A stretch of 36,532 nucleotides of DNA from Eubacteriales bacterium (GTDB lineage Bacteria > Bacillota > Clostridia > Oscillospirales > UMGS1783), in contig JAZRWQ010000059.1 of assembly GCA_045599805.1 (NCBI GenBank), positions 1-36,532 of the forward strand. The letters are read 5' to 3'. Positions 9,532 to 18,219 of the stretch are shown here, in pieces. The notes beneath the pieces are model-generated. The model saw only the letters and a program-made list of their open reading frames with translations. It had not been told where the DNA came from and did not search any database. Every line of letters begins with the position of its first letter. Position 1 is the first letter of the stretch. Position numbers and translations under genes: made by a program.

Positions 9532-10123
9532 AAGCAAACCCGATTATACAATAGAAGCGCAGTATGAGGGACTTGTCTGCGGCGTTGACGAGGCAGGCAG
9601 GGGACCTTTGTGCGGCCCGGTTTGCGCCGGCGCCGTAATTTTACCGCGCGATTTTGTTATCGAAGGTGTAAACGATTCAAAAAAGCTATCCGAAAAAAAG
9701 CGTGAAGAGCTTTTTGATATAATAAAGGAAAAGGCGCTGTATTACGGTGTGGGCTTTGCCTCACCCGAGGAGATTGATGAGCTTAATATTCTCAACGCCT
9801 CCATGCTCGCCATGAACAGGGCGGTTGAAAACTGCGGTGTTAAGCCCGATATGCTTATCATCGACGGCAACTGCAATAAGGGCATAAACTATGACAGCGT
9901 AACCGTGGTAAAGGGCGACGCTAAAAGCATGTCGATAGCCTGCGCATCCATTCTTGCAAAGGTAACGAGAGACAGACTTATGGCACAGCTTGCCAAAAAA
10001 TACCCCGTATATCAGCTTGAAAAACATAAGGGCTATCCCACCGCCCTTCATATAAGCCTTGTGAGAGAGTACGGCCCGTGCGAAATCTATCGCAAAAGCT
10101 TTCTTAAAAAGATACTGAAATGA
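9524..10123 (+). CDS. rnhB: Ribonuclease HII
   Basis: GVDEAGRGPLCGPV active-site motif, DSKKLS, and KGDAKS...ASILAKV. Confidence 0.93.
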   Translation: MSESKPDYTIEAQYEGLVCGVDEAGRGPLCGPVCAGAVILPRDFVIEGVNDSKKLSEKKREELFDIIKEKALYYGVGFASPEEIDELNILNASMLAMNRAVENCGVKPDMLIIDGNCNKGINYDSVTVVKGDAKSMSIACASILAKVTRDRLMAQLAKKYPVYQLEKHKGYPTALHISLVREYGPCEIYRKSFLKKILK

Positions 10124-10473
10124 ATATAAACAGACAAAAAGGCGACAGGGGAGAAGACCTTGTTGTAAAAGAGCTAAAAAAACGGCATCATAAAATACTT
10201 GAGCGCAATTTTTCCGTGCATGATGTCGGAGAAATAGATATAATAAGTAAGGATAAAGACTGTATCGTTTTTACCGAGGTGAAAACGAGAAGCCGCAATA
10301 TGCTTTACTCTCCGCGTGAAGCGGTGAACGTTTTAAAGCAGCAGCGCATAAGGAATACGGCGATGGCCTATATCATGAGAACGGATTGCGGATTACAGCC
10401 GCGTTTTGACGTTGCGGAGGTAATCTGCGATGATGGCGGCGAAATGGTAAATATACTTGAAAATGCCTTTTGA
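10120..10473 (+). CDS. yraN: YraN-family (UPF0102) endonuclease-like protein
   Basis: GEIDIIS...VFTEVKTR PD-(D/E)xK-like core. ATGA overlap with rnhB. Typical position after rnhB. Confidence 0.85.
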   Translation: MNINRQKGDRGEDLVVKELKKRHHKILERNFSVHDVGEIDIISKDKDCIVFTEVKTRSRNMLYSPREAVNVLKQQRIRNTAMAYIMRTDCGLQPRFDVAEVICDDGGEMVNILENAF

Positions 10474-10486
10474 GGAGGATGAAAAA

Positions 10487-11971
10487 ATGGTTTATATAAG
10501 CACACGCGGCGGAGATGAATCGGTAAGCGCATCACGCGCCATAATGCAGGGTATCTGCAAAAACGGCGGACTTTTCGTTCCAAATGAAATACCCAATGTT
10601 ACCTTTGATGATTTGAAGGGACTTTGTTTTATGAGCTATACCGAAAGGGCAAAATATATCCTTTCGCGCTATCTCAACGATTTCTCGGATGACGAAGTGG
10701 CAGACTGCGTTGAGAAGGCATACACCGAAAAGGCTTTCTGCAAGGACATCGCACCGGTAGTGAATATCGGCGGCAGCGAAAATATACTTGAACTGTGGCA
10801 CGGTCCTACCTGCGCGTTCAAGGATATGGCGCTTCAGATACTTCCTCATTTGCTTACGACCTCTCTCAAAAAGAATAATGAACAGCGCAGGGCGCTTATT
10901 CTCGTGGCAACCTCCGGCGATACCGGCAAGGCTGCATTGGAGGGATTTGCCGATGTGCCCGGAACCGGTATAATGGTATTTTATCCCGAAAACGGCGTAA
11001 GCCGCATACAGAAAAAACAGATGACTACGCAGACGGGTGAAAACGTAAACGTATGCGCAATAAAGGGTAATTTCGATGATGCGCAAACCGGCGTCAAGTC
11101 GATATTCGCAAACGGCAGGGTTGCCGAAAAACTTAACGAAAAGGGTGCCTTCCTCTCCTCTGCGAACTCCATAAACTGGGGCAGACTTCTTCCGCAGATT
11201 GTTTATTACTTCCACGGTTACTGCTCAATGGTAAGCATGGGCAAAATAAAGTGCGGCGAAAAGATAAACATAACCGTGCCAACCGGCAATTTCGGCAACA
11301 TCCTTGCGGCATATTACGCATACCGTATGGGCCTTCCCGTTAATAAATTCATATGCGCTTCCAATAAAAACAAGGTGCTTACCGACTTTATAAACACCGG
11401 CGTTTACGATAAGCGCAGAGAATTTTATCTTACCTCGTCTCCCTCAATGGACATCCTCATTTCGTCCAACCTTGAAAGAATGCTGTTCTATATAACCGGC
11501 TCAAGCGAGCGCGTAGCCTCCCTTATGAAGGATCTTAACGAAAAGGGCGTATATAAGCTTAATGAAACCGAAACGGCATCCCTTAAGGAGATATTCGACT
11601 GTGGAAGCTGCGACGATGAAAATACGATAGCCCAGATAAATAAGACGTATAAAAATTCCGGCTACACCCTCGATACTCATACCGCGGTTGCCGTAAACGT
11701 ATACGAAAATTACGTTGACAGAACGGGCGATAAAACGCCCTGCCTTATCGCCTCAACCGCTTCTCCCTTTAAATTTGCATCCAACGTTTTAAAGGGATTT
11801 GACATTGCGCCCGACGAGGACGAATTTAAAAATCTCGAAACACTCGAAAAATCAAGCGGAATTTTCTGCCCGGAAAATCTCCGCGGCTTAAAGGAGCGCA
11901 AAGAGCGCTTCACGCTGTCCTGCAGTAAAACGCAGATGGAAGAAAAGCTTTTTGATTTTGTGAATATGTAA
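10487..11971 (+). CDS. thrC: Threonine synthase (long form)
   Basis: PTCAFKDMALQ PLP-lysine motif and ATSGDTGKAA. I chose ATG 10487, with GAGGAGGA upstream, over the listed 10457 start. Confidence 0.9.
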   Translation: MVYISTRGGDESVSASRAIMQGICKNGGLFVPNEIPNVTFDDLKGLCFMSYTERAKYILSRYLNDFSDDEVADCVEKAYTEKAFCKDIAPVVNIGGSENILELWHGPTCAFKDMALQILPHLLTTSLKKNNEQRRALILVATSGDTGKAALEGFADVPGTGIMVFYPENGVSRIQKKQMTTQTGENVNVCAIKGNFDDAQTGVKSIFANGRVAEKLNEKGAFLSSANSINWGRLLPQIVYYFHGYCSMVSMGKIKCGEKINITVPTGNFGNILAAYYAYRMGLPVNKFICASNKNKVLTDFINTGVYDKRREFYLTSSPSMDILISSNLERMLFYITGSSERVASLMKDLNEKGVYKLNETETASLKEIFDCGSCDDENTIAQINKTYKNSGYTLDTHTAVAVNVYENYVDRTGDKTPCLIASTASPFKFASNVLKGFDIAPDEDEFKNLETLEKSSGIFCPENLRGLKERKERFTLSCSKTQMEEKLFDFVNM

Positions 11972-12000
11972 CGGCATCCGCGGATGCCGTATGCCGGAAG

Positions 12001-12156
12001 CTACTTGTTTTCCGGCTTGAAGGTCTTGCACGCCGTATCCTCACAGCTGCCGTTGCAGTTTGTTACCTTGATTTTATCCGCAATGCATCGGTCAAGTCCC
12101 TGATGATAGATACAGTTTGTAACCGAACAGTTTACGCCTTCGTTTTTCTTATTCAT
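12001..12156 (-). CDS. Small Cys-rich DUF1540-like protein
   Basis: MNKKNEGVNCSVTNCIYH...CIADKIKV..C.....C matches the DUF1540 pattern. The internal ATG at 12156 has AAGGA upstream. The longer 84-aa ORF would run into the divergent gene's start region. Confidence 0.65.
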   Translation of the reverse strand: MNKKNEGVNCSVTNCIYHQGLDRCIADKIKVTNCNGSCEDTACKTFKPENK

Positions 12157-12225
12157 ATCAACACATCCTTTCACGAATATATTTTGTGTCGGGATGCGGA
12201 ATTTATTCAGTAGAAAGGAGCACCC

Positions 12226-12918
12226 ATGGGAGTTTACGCAATAGCCGATCTGCATTTGTCGCTGGGCTCGGATAAGCCCATGGATGTCTTCGGCGGCAGA
12301 TGGCGCAATTATGTTGAAAAAATAAAAACAGGGTGGACCGAAACGGTTTCGGAAAACGATACCGTCATTATCCCCGGTGACGTAAGCTGGGCAGTAACCC
12401 AGGAAGAGCTTAAGCCCGACCTTGATTTTCTCGAATCACTTCCCGGCAAAAAGATTATCATGAAAGGCAACCACGATTACTGGTGGAGCACAATGAAAAA
12501 GCTTAATGAGTTTATAAGCTCATGCGGCTATAAAACGATATCGCTTCTCTTCAACAGCGCCGTTCAGGCGGAAAACATTGCCGTCTGCGGCTCGCGCGGC
12601 TGGGATATTTTTGCCGCCACCGGGCATGACGATAAAATAGTGCGTCGTGAAAACGGCAGACTTACCGTATCCTGCGAGCAGGCAATCGCACTCGGCGGCG
12701 AGCCGGTGGCATTCATGCACTATCCGCCCGTATCTCCGGCGAGCGTCAGAGATGAATTTATCGAGGTGCTTTTGAAATACGGCATAAAGCGCTGCTATTA
12801 CGGCCATATACATCACAGCGGCGCCGGCAGAGTATTCGAGGGCGAAAAGTTCGGTATAGCCTTTAAGCTTATCAGTGCAGATCAGCTCGATTTTATCCCC
12901 GAAAGAATAGACATATAA
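12226..12918 (+). CDS. Metallophosphoesterase (calcineurin-like phosphoesterase family)
   Basis: The motifs IADLHL, GDVSW, GNHDYWW and GHIH are the metal-ligand blocks of this superfamily. Confidence 0.8.
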   Translation: MGVYAIADLHLSLGSDKPMDVFGGRWRNYVEKIKTGWTETVSENDTVIIPGDVSWAVTQEELKPDLDFLESLPGKKIIMKGNHDYWWSTMKKLNEFISSCGYKTISLLFNSAVQAENIAVCGSRGWDIFAATGHDDKIVRRENGRLTVSCEQAIALGGEPVAFMHYPPVSPASVRDEFIEVLLKYGIKRCYYGHIHHSGAGRVFEGEKFGIAFKLISADQLDFIPERIDI

Positions 12919-12921
12919 ACG

Positions 12922-12955
12922 TAGCCTCGTTATTTTACGAGGCTATTATTTTACT
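12922..12955 (+). terminator. Intrinsic terminator after the metallophosphoesterase gene
   Basis: Stem TAGCCTCGT/ACGAGGCTA (12922-12930 with 12937-12945), 6-nt loop, then a T-rich tail. Confidence 0.7.
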
Positions 12956-13047
12956 TTGCTTTTGGTATTCTAAAATACCACAGAGCAATTGTGCACAAAG
13001 AAATAAAAAATTTTTAGAGAAATTTATAAAAAATATTAAAAAAAGTA

Positions 13048-13076
13048 TTGACAAATAAAAAAAGCTCTGCTATAAT
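13048..13076 (+). promoter_or_regulatory. Consensus sigma-70 promoter with an AT-rich upstream (UP-like) tract and no annotated gene downstream
   Basis: TTGACA (13048-13053), exactly 17 nt, TATAAT (13071-13076). Roughly 13000-13047 is almost pure A/T. Confidence 0.6.
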
Positions 13077-13230
13077 GAAGCCAAGATAAGAAACAAGACA
13101 AAATTCGAAAACCTCTCAGGAGAGAAAAGGGGTGGTTGTAATGACAGCGGAAATTGTCTACAGCCCCCGGCACGGGAAGTAAAGTGCAAGGGGGAAAACC
13201 AAAAAGTACAGTATAAAGGAGTTGTTAATT

Positions 13231-13293
13231 ATGAAGGTGATTAAAAAACCCTTTACGAATGACCGTAGGAGAATTATCAAAGCAAATCTATGA
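13231..13293 (+). CDS. Possible 20-aa micro-ORF (MKVIKKPFTNDRRRIIKANL) inside the orphan transcript
   Basis: ATG 13231 is preceded by AAAGGAG (13215-13221) at 9-nt spacing. The stop is TGA at 13291. Too short to judge coding potential. Confidence 0.25.
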   Translation: MKVIKKPFTNDRRRIIKANL

Positions 13294-13402
13294 AAGGATT
13301 GGTACGGTCCCATGTACAATTTAGGTTAATCCGAATAGAAGCCCCGAAATCATAGTTGAAGTCCAATGGACAAATATTAAAATGAAAAATAAATTTATTT
13401 AG

Positions 13403-13430
13403 AAAAGCCTCCGTTTTAACGGAGGCTTTT
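13403..13430. terminator. Bidirectional intrinsic terminator (orphan + transcript and the - strand zinc-ribbon gene)
   Basis: Stem GCCTCCGT/ACGGAGGC, flanked by AAAA on the left and TTTT on the right. Confidence 0.7.
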
Positions 13431-13512
13431 CAAGTTATCATGACATATTCATAAAAAACAGAACGGAGCAAGGTTTCCCCTGCTCCGGTAAGATCAGTTT
13501 GATTTGTAAAAA

Positions 13513-13791
13513 TCAGTTGTTCTCTTTCTGCTTTGCAAAGCAATCGCTGCAATAAACGGGTCTGTCTTCTCTGGGCTGGAAAGGAACCTTTGCTCCGCCG
13601 CCGCACATAGCGCAAGTAGCAGTAAAGAATTCTCTGTTAGCCTTGGAAGCGTTCTTTCTTGCAACTCTGCATTCTTTGCATCTCTGAGGCTCGTTCTGGA
13701 AGCCTTTTTCTGCATAGAATTCCTGTTCGCCTGCAGTGAAAATAAATTCTTTACCGCAGTCTTTGCAAATTAATGTCTTGTCCTCGTACAT
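13513..13791 (-). CDS. CxxC zinc-ribbon protein (CxxC-x17-CxxC domain type)
   Basis: CKDC...CKEC and then CAMC-x17-CSDC, counted by hand. GAGGGG Shine-Dalgarno upstream. Confidence 0.8.
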   Translation of the reverse strand: MYEDKTLICKDCGKEFIFTAGEQEFYAEKGFQNEPQRCKECRVARKNASKANREFFTATCAMCGGGAKVPFQPREDRPVYCSDCFAKQKENN

Positions 13792-13890
13792 GTTTTCCCC
13801 TCGCTTAGAATTGAAAAAAATTTTTTTTTACCCCGGACGGAATTGCACCGTCGTCTTAATACGTTTTGCTTATTAAACTACGTGGGTATA

Positions 13891-14409
13891 TTACAAAAGC
13901 TTTGAAAGCTTTTTTTTCGTTCGTGAAAGTGCATTGTCAACCGATTTCTCCGACTTGTGAAGTGCGGATGCTATATTCGCATAGGAGTAACCGTTAAGAT
14001 ATAGAGAAAGAACTTTTTTTTCGAAGTCCGAAAGATTGTCTTTAATAAGAGTTTTTATGTTCTGAAAATCCTCTGTCATCAGCGCCAGTTCATCGGGCCC
14101 CGGGGTAGTGGAAATCATGTTTGAGGAATCGTCATAATTGCAGCCGAAAGCGGTAGTATCCTTTGATATTTTACGCAAAGCGCTTATCATGGCGTTTCTT
14201 ATGCAGGTGTAGGCGTATGCATCAAAGGGAACGCCCCTGCCTGCGTCATATACCTTCGTGGCGCAGTAGAGCGCCAGCAAGCCTTCCTGCACAAGGTCGT
14301 CGGTATATTCACCGGCATGGAAGGATGCAGCGGCAGTTTTAATTCGGGGCATAAGCTCCGATAAAGCTTTGGCGAAATCAACGCCTTCTGTTATGGGGAT
14401 TTTACCCAT
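13891..14409 (-). CDS. Sigma-70-family RNA polymerase sigma factor (regions 2 and 4 only, ECF-sized)
   Basis: Region 2 is DLVQEGLLALYCATKVYD...FDAYAYTCIRNAM. The region 4 HTH is LNGYSYANIASALHKSEKSVDNALSRTKKKL. Confidence 0.85.
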   Translation of the reverse strand: MGKIPITEGVDFAKALSELMPRIKTAAASFHAGEYTDDLVQEGLLALYCATKVYDAGRGVPFDAYAYTCIRNAMISALRKISKDTTAFGCNYDDSSNMISTTPGPDELALMTEDFQNIKTLIKDNLSDFEKKVLSLYLNGYSYANIASALHKSEKSVDNALSRTKKKLSKLL

Positions 14410-14549
14410 TCAAACACCACTCAAGATACATTATGGAACAATTATACGCCCCTTATTGAAAAATGTCAAGTAAAAGAAAAAAAGTATGTAAAAAATGTTG
14501 CATTTGCACATAAATTATAGCCTGCGTACCTTTATTATAAATAGTTTCA

Positions 14550-14578
14550 TTGACAATATATTAAAGCCGTTATAAAAT
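14550..14578 (+). promoter_or_regulatory. Probable promoter of the cysteine desulfurase-thiI-cinA operon
   Basis: TTGACA (14550-14555), 17 nt spacer, TAAAAT (14573-14578). Confidence 0.45.
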
Positions 14579-14607
14579 AAAGAGTAAATAAAATCTGGAA
14601 GTGGAAT

Positions 14608-15747
14608 ATGAGTATTTATTTTGATAACAGCGCAACCACCCGTGTTTTAGACTCGGCGGCAAAGGCGGCGTATGAGGCCATGACCGAAGGATATGCCAAT
14701 CCGTCATCCCTTCATACGGCAGGTATTGATGCGGAAAAGCGCATGAGTGAGGCAAGAAGGCATATTTCCGATGCGCTTAAGGCTTTGCCCGATGAAATAT
14801 TTTTTACCTCCTGCGCCACCGAAGCAAGCAATATTGCCATTTTCGGCGCATACGAGGCGCTTAAAAGAAGAGGGTACAGGGTAGTAACCACCACGGTAGA
14901 GCATCCGTCGGTTTACGACTGCTTCAAAAAGCTTGAAAAGATGGGCGCCGAAGTAATATACGTTTCTCCCAAGGACGGCAAATTCCGTCCGGAGGATTTT
15001 TATAATGCGATAAATAGAGATACCATACTTGTAAGTGTTATGTATGTTAATAACGAAACGGGTGACATCCTTCCCGTTGACTGCATAAAAAGCGCCATAA
15101 AAAAGGCAAATGCTCCGGCGCTTTTCCATTGCGACTGTGTGCAGGCATTCGGCAAAATAGATATCCGTCCGGAAAAAATGGGTATGGATATGATATCGCT
15201 TTCGGCGCATAAGCTTTACGGCCCCAAGGGTATCGGCGCGCTCTATCTTCGCAAAGGCGCGCGGATAGTGCCGCAGAACTACGGCGGCGGTCAGGAAAAG
15301 GGCATGCGTTCGGGCACCGAGAATACCGCCGGCATTGCCGCATTCGGTGAGGCTGTAAACTATGTTTTCTCAAACTATAAGGATATTGAAGCAAAGATGC
15401 GCAGTCTTCACGGATATTTCCTGAGCGAGGCGTTAAAGCGCCCGTTCATAACGGTAAACTCCCCCGAAAACGGCGCGTATCATATTATAAATATCTCTCT
15501 TATCGGCTGCCGCAGCGAAACCGTGCTTCATTGTCTTGAAGAAAAGGATATCTTCGTTTCGTCCGGCTCCGCCTGCTCTTCTCACGGGGGCTCCGCCAAA
15601 CGTACAAGAGTAATGGCGGAATACGGTTTTCCTTTGGAAATTGCCGACAGCGCCATAAGAGTAAGCTTCGGAATATACAATAATACCGATGAGATAGATG
15701 TGTTTATGAAAGAGATCGAAGCGGTATACGACCGTTTAAAGAGGTAA
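14608..15747 (+). CDS. Cysteine desulfurase (NifS/IscS class; ThiI-partner NifZ-like by context)
   Basis: PLP-lysine motif SLSAHKLYGPKG and active-site Cys loop SSGSACSS. Sits immediately upstream of thiI, as in the Bacillus nifZ-thiI arrangement. Confidence 0.9.
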   Translation: MSIYFDNSATTRVLDSAAKAAYEAMTEGYANPSSLHTAGIDAEKRMSEARRHISDALKALPDEIFFTSCATEASNIAIFGAYEALKRRGYRVVTTTVEHPSVYDCFKKLEKMGAEVIYVSPKDGKFRPEDFYNAINRDTILVSVMYVNNETGDILPVDCIKSAIKKANAPALFHCDCVQAFGKIDIRPEKMGMDMISLSAHKLYGPKGIGALYLRKGARIVPQNYGGGQEKGMRSGTENTAGIAAFGEAVNYVFSNYKDIEAKMRSLHGYFLSEALKRPFITVNSPENGAYHIINISLIGCRSETVLHCLEEKDIFVSSGSACSSHGGSAKRTRVMAEYGFPLEIADSAIRVSFGIYNNTDEIDVFMKEIEAVYDRLKR

Positions 15748-15750
15748 AAA

Positions 15751-16920
15751 ATGAAAAAGATAATTCTTTTAAAGTTCGGCGAAATAATTTTAAAGGGGCT
15801 GAATAAGCGTCATTTTGAAAGTATGCTTATCGGCAGCGTACGAGGACGTGTTGCTCCATACGGCAATTTCAAGGTATACGCTTTGCAGTCGGCAGGCTAT
15901 GTTGAACCGCTTGACGACGATGCGGATGTTGACGAGGCTTATAAGGCATGCTGTAAGGTTTTCGGCGTAACCTCGCTGGCTCTCAGCGCAGTTTGCGAAA
16001 AGGATATCGAAAAGATAAAAAATACCGTTTCCGAATTTCTCGATGATACGCTTAAGGGCGCTTCCACCTTCAAGGTAGAGGCAAAGCGCTCGGATAAAAA
16101 GTTCCCGATGAAAAGCCCCGAGATTTGCGAAATCTTAGGTGAATATATCCTCGACAACTACCCGAATTTGACCGTTGACGTACATAATCCCGAGGTTACC
16201 GTGTGGGCGGAGATAAGGGATGAAAAGGCGTGTGTTCACGCAAATCCTCAAAGAGGCGCAGGCGGCATGCCCTGCGGCTCTAACGGCAAGGGAATGCTGC
16301 TGATTTCCGGCGGCATCGACAGCCCCGTTGCAGGCTATATGATGGCAAAGCGCGGTCTTGCTCTGGAGGCCGTTCATTTCTTTTCCTATCCGTATACAAG
16401 TGAAAGGGCAAAGGATAAGGTTTTGCAGCTTGCCTCAAAGGTTGCCGGCTTTTCCGGCCCCATACGTGTTCACGTTGTCCCCTTTACCCATATACAGGAG
16501 CTTATTCGCGATAACTGCAAAGAGGATTATTCCACCCTTGTTATGCGTGCGTTCATGATGCGCATTGCCGACAGACTTGCAAAAAACAACGGCTGCGGTG
16601 CGCTGATAACCGGCGAGAGTTTAGGTCAGGTCGCAAGCCAGACGCTGGAGGCATTGAATGTTACCGATACTTACAGCGACACCTGTGTGCTCCGTCCCCT
16701 TATCGGTATGGATAAAATAGAAATAATCGAAATTGCGAGAAAAATAGATACCTTTGATACGTCCATCCTGCCGTATGAGGACTGCTGCACGGTGTTTACC
16801 CCCAAGCATCCGAAAACCAAACCGCACAGGGATGACGTAAAGACACAGGTAGAGCTTCTGAATGTTGAAAAACTTATTGATGAGGCCGTAAGAGGCACTC
16901 AAACGGAATATGTGAGGTAA
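15751..16920 (+). CDS. thiI: tRNA 4-thiouridine(8) synthase ThiI (no rhodanese domain)
   Basis: PP-loop LISGGIDSPVAGY. N-terminal THUMP-like region and the GESLGQVASQT motif. Confidence 0.93.
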   Translation: MKKIILLKFGEIILKGLNKRHFESMLIGSVRGRVAPYGNFKVYALQSAGYVEPLDDDADVDEAYKACCKVFGVTSLALSAVCEKDIEKIKNTVSEFLDDTLKGASTFKVEAKRSDKKFPMKSPEICEILGEYILDNYPNLTVDVHNPEVTVWAEIRDEKACVHANPQRGAGGMPCGSNGKGMLLISGGIDSPVAGYMMAKRGLALEAVHFFSYPYTSERAKDKVLQLASKVAGFSGPIRVHVVPFTHIQELIRDNCKEDYSTLVMRAFMMRIADRLAKNNGCGALITGESLGQVASQTLEALNVTDTYSDTCVLRPLIGMDKIEIIEIARKIDTFDTSILPYEDCCTVFTPKHPKTKPHRDDVKTQVELLNVEKLIDEAVRGTQTEYVR

Positions 16921-16924
16921 TAAT

Positions 16925-18166
16925 ATGAACTGTGAAATAGTATGTGTCGGAACGGAACTGCTTCTGGGCGATATCATCAACACAAATGCCGCCTGGCTTG
17001 CCAAGGAACTTGCCGGAATGGGCGTAAATGTGTATTATCAGACGGTAGTTGGCGATAACCCCGAAAGACTCGGCAATGCTCTCGGCACCGCCTTTTCGAG
17101 GGCAGATATGGTGCTTACCACCGGAGGACTCGGGCCGACAAAGGACGATCTTACAAAGGAGACCGCCGTATCGTATATAGGCGGCAAGCTTGAAATAGAC
17201 GAGCCGTCGCTTGAGCATATAACGCAGATTTTCACTCAGACGGGCAGGGAAGTGACCGAAAGCGTAAAAAAGCAGGCGTATCTGCCAAAGGGATGTATCC
17301 CTTTACATAACTACAACGGCACCGCTCCCGGCTTCATCTACGAAAACGGCGGCAAAACCCTTATTATGCTGCCCGGCCCCCCAAAAGAAATGATGAAGAT
17401 GTTTGAAACCGGTGTTCGCCCTTTCCTTGCCGGAAGCGATAAACAGCTCTATTCACGCAGAATAAGAATTATCGGTATAGGCGAATCGGAGGTTGCGGAC
17501 AAGATAAGCGATCTTATGGATTTGACCAGTCCTACCGTCGCCCCCTATGCCAAGACCGCCGAGACCGAGCTTCGCGTTACCATAGCCGCCGACAGTAAGG
17601 AAGAAGCGTATAAGCTTATGCAGCCCACTATTAACGAGATAGTAAAGCGCATCGGCAGATTTATCTACGGCATCGACGTGGCGAGCGTAGAGGAAAGAGT
17701 ATTCAATCTGCTTAAAGAGCAGGGAAAGACCGCCGCATTTGCCGAAAGCGTTACAGGCGGACTTATCTCCAAGCGTATCACCGATATACCCGGCTCGTCC
17801 GAGGTTTTTCCGCTTGGTGTAGTAACCTACGCATCCGAAATGAAGTCGGAAATGATAGGCGTAAACCCGGAAACGATAGAGAAATATAATGTTGTCAGCG
17901 ATAAGGTGGCCATGGAAATGGCAAAGGGCGTAAGAGAAAAGGCAAAAGCCTCTATCGGCCTTGGCATCACCGGCATCGCAGGCCCCGGCGGCGGCGATGA
18001 GGAACATCCCGTTGGACTCGTTTATGTCGGCATTTCCGATGAAAATGGCGAGTACGCAAAGGAATTCCGTCTCGGCACAAAAACGAGAGGACGTGCCGCC
18101 ATACGCGAATTTGCCTCAGGCAGAGCCCTCGATATGCTAAGACGTCATCTCGAAGACTGTAAGTAA
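16925..18166 (+). CDS. cinA: CinA (competence/damage-inducible protein; nicotinamide-nucleotide amidohydrolase PncC domain)
   Basis: N-terminal EIVCVGTELLLGDIINTNAAWLA and TGGLGPTKDDLT (MoCF-binding type). C-terminal AESVTGG...GITGIAGP PncC domain. Confidence 0.9.
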   Translation: MNCEIVCVGTELLLGDIINTNAAWLAKELAGMGVNVYYQTVVGDNPERLGNALGTAFSRADMVLTTGGLGPTKDDLTKETAVSYIGGKLEIDEPSLEHITQIFTQTGREVTESVKKQAYLPKGCIPLHNYNGTAPGFIYENGGKTLIMLPGPPKEMMKMFETGVRPFLAGSDKQLYSRRIRIIGIGESEVADKISDLMDLTSPTVAPYAKTAETELRVTIAADSKEEAYKLMQPTINEIVKRIGRFIYGIDVASVEERVFNLLKEQGKTAAFAESVTGGLISKRITDIPGSSEVFPLGVVTYASEMKSEMIGVNPETIEKYNVVSDKVAMEMAKGVREKAKASIGLGITGIAGPGGGDEEHPVGLVYVGISDENGEYAKEFRLGTKTRGRAAIREFASGRALDMLRRHLEDCK

Positions 18167-18169
18167 TAA

Positions 18170-18219
18170 AAAACCGACCGAAAATTATGTCGCTGCGCCT
18201 TTTTCGGTCGGTTTTCTTT
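18170..18219. terminator. Bidirectional terminator between convergent cinA and the M23 peptidase gene
   Basis: 15-bp arms AAAACCGACCGAAAA (18170-18184) and TTTTCGGTCGGTTTT (18201-18215) with a 16-nt loop. Confidence 0.7.

Larger units (their letters stand above)
13083..13430 (+). ncRNA. Candidate ~350-nt orphan transcript (unclassified sRNA and/or micro-ORF mRNA)
   Basis: Bounded by the consensus promoter and the 13403-13430 hairpin. The ORF track shows no ORF of 60 aa or more on the + strand here. Local helices are readable: 13137-13162, 13164-13194, and 13261-13267 with 13303-13309. I recognise no Rfam family by eye. Confidence 0.3.

Noticed and set aside
10532-11215. 227-aa minus-strand ORF inside thrC, and similar ones in the desulfurase gene (14704-15210) and cinA (17453-18007)
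   Set aside because: Shadow ORFs opposite strongly supported genes.
13294-13310. AAGGATTGGTACGGTCC resembles the T-box core (..GGGTGGTACCGCG)
   Set aside because: The match is only partial. The nearest terminator is ~95 nt away, not adjacent. No same-strand aminoacyl-tRNA synthetase or amino-acid gene follows.
13083-13430. Whether the orphan transcript is tmRNA, RNase P RNA, SRP RNA or 6S RNA
   Set aside because: I could not find the diagnostic strings: no GGGG..5' end / ..CCACCA 3' end or tag ORF, no GAGGAAAGTCC, no GGAAGCAGCC-type SRP domain IV, and it is too long for 6S. A covariance-model search is still needed.
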